A stretch of DNA of 64,000 bases. It comes from Collinsella aerofaciens (lineage in GTDB: Bacteria > Actinomycetota > Coriobacteriia > Coriobacteriales > Coriobacteriaceae). The DNA is taken from positions 577 to 64,576 of the forward strand of contig CAJMJM010000001.1 of the NCBI GenBank assembly GCA_905213725.1, in the 5' to 3' direction. This document shows, in pieces, positions 59,233 through 64,000 of the stretch. The translations under genes and the position numbers were made by a program. The first letter of the stretch is position 1. Each line of letters starts with the position of its first letter. The notes beneath the pieces were generated by a model, which made no database searches, was not told the origin of the DNA, and worked only from the letters and a program-made list of their open reading frames with translations.

Positions 59233-59916
59233 ATGTCCGATTCGAGCGACAGTTCTAAGCCGCGACCCAAGACCGCGGCCGTTCCACACTACACAGTGGG
59301 CGAGGAGATCATGAACTCCGTCACCCATGGTGTCGGCTGCCTGCTGGGTATCGCGGGCCTGGTGCTCCTGATCGTATTCGCCGCCCTGCGCGGCGGAGGC
59401 CCGGCCCATATGGCCGCGGCGATTGTCTATGGCGTCAGCATTATCCTCGAATACCTAGCCTCCACGCTCTACCACGCGATTCAGCCCGCGCGCGCCAAGC
59501 ACGTGTTTCGCATCATCGACCACAGCTGCATCTACCTGCTCATTGCGGGCAGCTATACGCCGTTTTGCCTTATCACGCTCGCAAACGACGGCGGCCCTGC
59601 GCTGTTCTTTGCCGTATGGGCCATCGCCATTATCGGCATCGCTCTCGAGTGCTTCCTACGCGAGCGTCAACCGCACTGGGTAAGCGGCCTGGTCTACCTG
59701 CTGATGGGCTGGCTCGTTGTCTTTAAGCTGCCCGAACTTGTTGCGCTGCTCAACCCCGTGGCACTTGCCCTGCTCGCCGTCGGCGGCGTGTGCTACACCG
59801 CGGGCGTGCCGTTCTATATCGCCAAAAACGTGCGCTATCTGCACAGCGTGTTTCACCTGTGGGTGCTCGCCGGCAGCATCTTCCAGTTCATGGCGGTGAT
59901 CCTCTTCGTAATCTAG
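59233..59916 (+). CDS. hemolysin III / PAQR family 7-TM protein
   Basis: ATG 59233 ten nt after GGAGGA; 7 TM; conserved HxxxH-like motifs of the HlyIII family. Confidence 0.8.
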   Translation: MSDSSDSSKPRPKTAAVPHYTVGEEIMNSVTHGVGCLLGIAGLVLLIVFAALRGGGPAHMAAAIVYGVSIILEYLASTLYHAIQPARAKHVFRIIDHSCIYLLIAGSYTPFCLITLANDGGPALFFAVWAIAIIGIALECFLRERQPHWVSGLVYLLMGWLVVFKLPELVALLNPVALALLAVGGVCYTAGVPFYIAKNVRYLHSVFHLWVLAGSIFQFMAVILFVI

Positions 59917-60026
59917 CGACCATGCCTGCGCGCCCGCGTTCTCGTTTGGGCGCCGGTGCAATTGCCGTATCCGCCATCAACGTTTTAACCTGACGTCCCG
60001 AATCTTGGAGGTTCGAGAAACTCCCG

Positions 60027-61400
60027 ATGGACATAACCATCTCCCTTATCACCACCCTCGTTTTGACCCTCATCAACGGCTACTTCTCTATGTCCGAGAT
60101 GGCGCTCACCACGGCCAAGCGCGCCGTGTTGGAGCACGAGGCCGAGGAAGGCGACAAGCGCGCCGAGCGCGCCATTAAGCTGGCTGCCGACTCCGACCAG
60201 CTGCTCGCCACCATCCAGGTTGCCATTACGCTCGTGGGCTTCGCCTCGTCCGCCGTCGCCTCGACGAGTCTGTCCGACCCGCTCGCCACGTGGCTCATGA
60301 GCTTTGGCATCGCGCCGCTCTCCGCCATCGCGCGCGGCCTGGCGCCGGTCATCATCACCGTCGCGGTCGCCTTCGTGTCCATCGTGATCGGCGAGCTCGT
60401 CCCCAAGCGCATCGGCCTGGCCAATGCCGAGGGCGTGTCCAAGCAGGTCGTGGGACCGTTGTCGTTTTTCCAAAAGATCGCCCGTCCGCTCGTGTGGCTG
60501 ACCGGCGCCTGCTCCGATGGCCTGGCCCGCATCCTGCGCATCAAGAGCGCCGACGACCGCCAAAACGTCTCGGAAGAAGAGATCAAGTACATGGTCTCGG
60601 AGCAGGACGACCTGCTCGACGAGGAAAAGCGTATGATCCACGAGATCTTTGACTTGGGCGATACCGTTGCCCGCGAGGTCATGGTGCCGCGCGTGGACAC
60701 CACCATGTGCGAGGACGACGAGACGGTCGCCGACGTGCTGTCCACCATGCGCCAGACCGGCTTCAGCCGCATCCCCGTCTATCACGAGGATCCCGACAAC
60801 GTCGCCGGCATTGCGCACATCAAGGACCTGATCCAACCCGCGCTCGACGGCAAGGGTGACCAGCCCATCGCCGGCTTTTTGCGCGACGCCACCTTTGTGC
60901 CCGACACCAAGGACATCCTGCCGCTACTGTCCGAGATGCAGACCTCGCACGACCAGATCGTGGTGGTCGTGGACGAGTACGGCGGCACGGCCGGCATTAT
61001 CACCATCGAGGATATCGTCGAGGAGATCGTCGGCGAGATCGAGGACGAGTTCGACCCCGACAACAAGTATCTCACGCGCCTTTCGCGCCGCGAGTGGCTC
61101 GTTGATGGGCGTTTTTCGTGCGATGACGCGATTGAGCTTGGTTGGCCGCTCGAGGAAAGCGATGATTATGAGACCATCGCCGGCTGGATTTTGGAGCTTT
61201 GCGACTCGGTGCCCGACATCGGAGAGGTGTTTGAGGTCGCGGGGTACAAGTTTAAAGTTCAGTCGATGCGTGGCCAGCGCATCTCGCTCATTCGCGTGAT
61301 CGCTCCGGCCGAAACCGATAAGAAGGATTCCGAGTCTTCGGTAGAGAAGCCGGCGGCGTCGGGTGCGGGCTCTGTGGATCCGCACGATGGCGACGAGTAG
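60027..61400 (+). CDS. CNNM/TlyC-family protein (DUF21 + CBS pair + CorC_HlyC)
   Basis: 457 aa; 4-TM DUF21 N-term, CBS pair, C-terminal transporter-associated domain. Confidence 0.85.
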   Translation: MDITISLITTLVLTLINGYFSMSEMALTTAKRAVLEHEAEEGDKRAERAIKLAADSDQLLATIQVAITLVGFASSAVASTSLSDPLATWLMSFGIAPLSAIARGLAPVIITVAVAFVSIVIGELVPKRIGLANAEGVSKQVVGPLSFFQKIARPLVWLTGACSDGLARILRIKSADDRQNVSEEEIKYMVSEQDDLLDEEKRMIHEIFDLGDTVAREVMVPRVDTTMCEDDETVADVLSTMRQTGFSRIPVYHEDPDNVAGIAHIKDLIQPALDGKGDQPIAGFLRDATFVPDTKDILPLLSEMQTSHDQIVVVVDEYGGTAGIITIEDIVEEIVGEIEDEFDPDNKYLTRLSRREWLVDGRFSCDDAIELGWPLEESDDYETIAGWILELCDSVPDIGEVFEVAGYKFKVQSMRGQRISLIRVIAPAETDKKDSESSVEKPAASGAGSVDPHDGDE

Positions 61401-61424
61401 GGCAAGGAAGAGTAGGGGAGAGTT

Positions 61425-62258
61425 ATGGCAGGCCTGTTCAACATCCTTAAGGTCACCGTCAGCGAGGACAAGATCTGCGCGCATGTGCTGGTGAACCCCG
61501 GCATGCCGCTCATGACCTCGGAGGATATCGAGGCCACGGCGCGCGTGTATTACCTGGTGCCGGCGATTGCCAAGCACCTGTGCCTGGGTGATTCCGGTCG
61601 CGAGTTCCAGGACTGCATGGGCCAGACCGAGCTCTGCCACCTGCTGGAGCACGTGACGGTTGAGCTCATGAACGAGACCGGGCTTGCCGGCAGCATCTCG
61701 TGCGGCCGCACGCGCGTAAGCGAGCACGACGAGCGCGTTTTTGAGGTTGAGCTTTCGTGCCCCGACGACGCGCTGGCCATCGGCGCGCTGTCTTCGGCCA
61801 CCTTTATGATGGACTGGGCGTACCTGCACGCCGACCAGCCTGCCCCTGACGTGGAAGGCACGGTCGCGGGCCTGCGCAACCTGGTGCTGGGCATGCGCGC
61901 CGAGGCCGAGGGCAAGGATCCTCACGAGGCCGTCGCCGCTGCGAGCGGCGAAGATGCTGCCGAGGCCGAGGGCGCTGACGAGGGCGATGTGCCGGTCGAC
62001 GCCGAGCCCGTTGCCGATGCGACCGCCGAGCCCGTTCCCACCGAGCCCCAGGGCGTCCCCAACTTTGACGACGAGCCCCAGGTGGCGATTGATACCGAGG
62101 GCGCGGTTGCCGAGAACCACGAGGCCTCCGCTGCCGTCTTTGGCGGTGCGGCGACGGTTCCGGCAGGATCTGCGCATGAGGGCGGCCTGCCGCTCGTGGA
62201 CGGCGCCGGCGAGGACCCGGGTGCCACGGTGGCCATGCCGGCTATGCCTCAGGAGTAG
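61425..62258 (+). CDS. hypothetical protein, Cys/His-rich N-terminal domain and acidic disordered C-terminus
   Basis: 277-aa ORF with good codon usage immediately after the CNNM gene; no recognisable family. Confidence 0.45.
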   Translation: MAGLFNILKVTVSEDKICAHVLVNPGMPLMTSEDIEATARVYYLVPAIAKHLCLGDSGREFQDCMGQTELCHLLEHVTVELMNETGLAGSISCGRTRVSEHDERVFEVELSCPDDALAIGALSSATFMMDWAYLHADQPAPDVEGTVAGLRNLVLGMRAEAEGKDPHEAVAAASGEDAAEAEGADEGDVPVDAEPVADATAEPVPTEPQGVPNFDDEPQVAIDTEGAVAENHEASAAVFGGAATVPAGSAHEGGLPLVDGAGEDPGATVAMPAMPQE

Positions 62259-62394
62259 GCCTACGCGTTTATCACCATCACGTACCTGCGCCTTTGCCGT
62301 ACGCAGATGAGCGGAGCGGCAAGTGATGCGCTGCGGGTATAATGGACAGCATTCAAACGGTGGGCACCGACGTGCCCGCAGGAGAGGAATGATC

Positions 62395-62784
62395 ATGGGT
62401 AAGACTTTCAGCTTTGTCTCCGGCGCACTTTTTGGTGCCGCTGCCGGCGCTATTGTCGGCGTTGCTCTGGCCCCGCGCTCGGGCGCCGAGACCCGCGCCA
62501 TGGCTGCCGATATCGCCAACGACGCCTGGGACAATATGCGCGACACCTACGAGCACAGCGCCGAGGAGGCCCGTGCTGCGGTGAATGACTTTGGCCCGAT
62601 GGTCGACGCCAAGACCGACGACCTGCGCGCCAAGGTCGACCTGGCCCGCGAGCGCATGGACCAGCTGCGCGAGCAGCTCAACGACGCCATTTCGGGCGGC
62701 AACGTGACGCCTGCCGCCGACGTCGTGGTCGAGAACGCCGTCGAGGCTGATACCGAGGCTGCGGAGCCCTCGACCGAGGCATAA
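62395..62784 (+). CDS. YtxH (DUF948)-like small membrane-anchored protein
   Basis: MGKTFSFVSGALFGAAAGAIVGVALAPRSGAETR N-terminal helix typical of YtxH; start ambiguous (62389 or 62395). Confidence 0.55.
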   Translation: MGKTFSFVSGALFGAAAGAIVGVALAPRSGAETRAMAADIANDAWDNMRDTYEHSAEEARAAVNDFGPMVDAKTDDLRAKVDLARERMDQLREQLNDAISGGNVTPAADVVVENAVEADTEAAEPSTEA

Positions 62785-63539
62785 TGCGCGCCGGGGATTT
62801 TGTCGGCGCCAAGATCTATCGCAAGCCTACCGAGGACAAGCGTACCAAAAAGGACGGCACACCGCGCAGCCCTAAAAAGCTCGGAAAGATTCACTTTCCG
62901 GTCTTTACCCCGGGCGGTACGCGCGTGGTCGGCTTTATGGTCCGCCAGTCCGATATCGCGGGTATGATCGAGCGTCCCGACCGATTCGTAGCGCTCGACG
63001 CCATTGGTGTCTACGAGGGCGCCATCGCGGTTGACGACGTCAAGGGCACCTACGATACCGCTGCGGCCAAGCGCCTCGACATCAACCTGGACGATTGCAT
63101 CATCTGGGTCGGTATGGACGTGCGCACGGAATCGGGCGACGTCGTGGGCTATTGCTCGGACGTTGAGTTCAAGCCGCGCTCGGGCATCGTGCAGGCATTC
63201 TATGTGACCGCCGGTGCTGCTTCGAGTGTTTTGGTTGGTGACACGCAGGTGCCGCCGACGATGCTGCGCGGCTACGAGAACGGCGCGATGGTCGTCTCGG
63301 ACGAGGTCAAGTCGCTTGGGTATTCGGGCGGTGCCGCCGCAAAGGCTGCCGAGGCAAGCGTCGTGGTGGGCGATAAGGTCAAGAAGGGCGCCAAGGTGCT
63401 CGATGACAAGGGATCGGTTGCCGTGGACAAGGGCAGTCGCGCACTGGGCAAGCAGCTCGGCAAGACGCGCGGCATGTTCAAGGCCTTTAAGGACGAATAC
63501 CAAAAGGCGAGCGGAGGCTCGTCAAAAGCTACAAAATAG
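62784..63539 (+). CDS. PRC-barrel domain protein
   Basis: 251 aa; two PRC-barrel-like halves; K-rich C-terminus. Confidence 0.55.
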   Translation: MRAGDFVGAKIYRKPTEDKRTKKDGTPRSPKKLGKIHFPVFTPGGTRVVGFMVRQSDIAGMIERPDRFVALDAIGVYEGAIAVDDVKGTYDTAAAKRLDINLDDCIIWVGMDVRTESGDVVGYCSDVEFKPRSGIVQAFYVTAGAASSVLVGDTQVPPTMLRGYENGAMVVSDEVKSLGYSGGAAAKAAEASVVVGDKVKKGAKVLDDKGSVAVDKGSRALGKQLGKTRGMFKAFKDEYQKASGGSSKATK

Positions 63540-63611
63540 CGACGTACCAAATGATGGGAGGCAAGCCGGAGACCTGTTGCTCCGGCTTGCTGTGTTTATG
63601 GGGGAGGGCAC

Positions 63612-64000
63612 ATGCGCCAAAACGGATCCAACTTAAACGGGCGTTCGGGTGCGCGTCCGACGGCGCGCCGCGACCTGGGGCAGCTGCCCAGCGGTCAGCG
63701 CAAGCGTCACCGTAAGCCCGGCGCGATGTATCTCAACCATAGCCGCGGCTTTAGCGACCGCAGTGCGCGCATCGGCAACAGCCGTACGCCCCGTCGTTCG
63801 TCTCGCCTGCCCTACGCGCTCATCGCCGTGGGTTGCGCGCTCGTGCTGTTTATCGCTGCCGTCGTGGGCTACGTCAACCGCAGTGTGGACGTGGAGCTCA
63901 ACGGCCAGAAGACCGCGGTGCGTGTGGGCTCTACGCTGCAGAATCTCATCGACGACCAGGATTTGACTGGCACCTACGACGCAGGCGACCTGCTGGCCGT
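63612..64000 (+). CDS. membrane-anchored DUF348-domain protein (YabE/RpfB-like), N-terminal fragment continuing past window end
   Basis: ATG 63612 after GGGGGAGGG; basic N-term, TM helix (YALIAVGCALVLFIAAVV), then VDVELNGQKTAVRVGSTLQNLIDDQDL DUF348-like repeat; no stop before 64000. Confidence 0.5.
   Translation, partial: MRQNGSNLNGRSGARPTARRDLGQLPSGQRKRHRKPGAMYLNHSRGFSDRSARIGNSRTPRRSSRLPYALIAVGCALVLFIAAVVGYVNRSVDVELNGQKTAVRVGSTLQNLIDDQDLTGTYDAGDLLA

Noticed and set aside
63649-63966. 105-aa ORF at window end in frame 1
   Set aside because: The overlapping frame-0 ORF starting at ATG 63612 (with RBS, TM helix and DUF348-like repeat) is the more plausible coding frame. Frame 1 gives an R/A/S-rich low-complexity product.

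Overview
This is a high-GC (about 65%) bacterial chromosome segment, most likely Actinomycetota and probably Coriobacteriia. The evidence is codon usage, Ala/Glu/Lys-rich low-complexity tails, an LPXTG adhesin with SpaA-type isopeptide domains, and ECF, PTS and Ech hydrogenase genes. The left 25 kb is mostly housekeeping: purF(3' end)-purM-purN, a PrsA-like PPIase, a GatB/YqeY protein, a polar amino-acid ABC importer, an nfnAB-like pair, pth, prs, glmU, an ECF transporter (T, fused A1A2, S), xth, cobB, a folP-folK fusion, a BirA-like ligase, coaX, and an initiator tRNA-fMet. The rest has accessory character. (i) A 5-kb beta-glucoside cassette (PTS EIIBC, phospho-beta-glucosidase, transporter) lies immediately 3' of tRNA-fMet and is bracketed by two about 300-bp direct repeats, each made of four stacked hairpins. 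(ii) An OYE-family flavin oxidoreductase, a 400-bp AT-rich patch with a lone IS3-type OrfA fragment, and a compact Ech-type group-4 [NiFe] hydrogenase operon (echA, echA'-B fusion, C, D, E, F). (iii) A VWA + SpaA-isopeptide + LPXTG surface adhesin, about 2100 aa, encoded as two in-frame ORFs and flanked on both sides by a composite of two structured repeat families (A and B, each about 160 bp) that also occurs next to the ECF operon. (iv) A LuxR-type two-component system with two ABC exporters, a DUF362/ferredoxin protein, a hydrolase, hemolysin-III, a CNNM/TlyC protein, YtxH and PRC-barrel proteins. The standout observation is that both the Ech membrane subunit and the adhesin are interrupted by a single in-frame TAG at a universally conserved lysine, in the identical context CTN-ACC-TAG-G. 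Two more genes are disrupted: a cmk-like gene by an in-frame TAA and nfnA by a frameshift. At least three families of small structured intergenic repeats are present. Many long antisense or overlapping ORFs in the six-frame track are treated as GC-frame artefacts.
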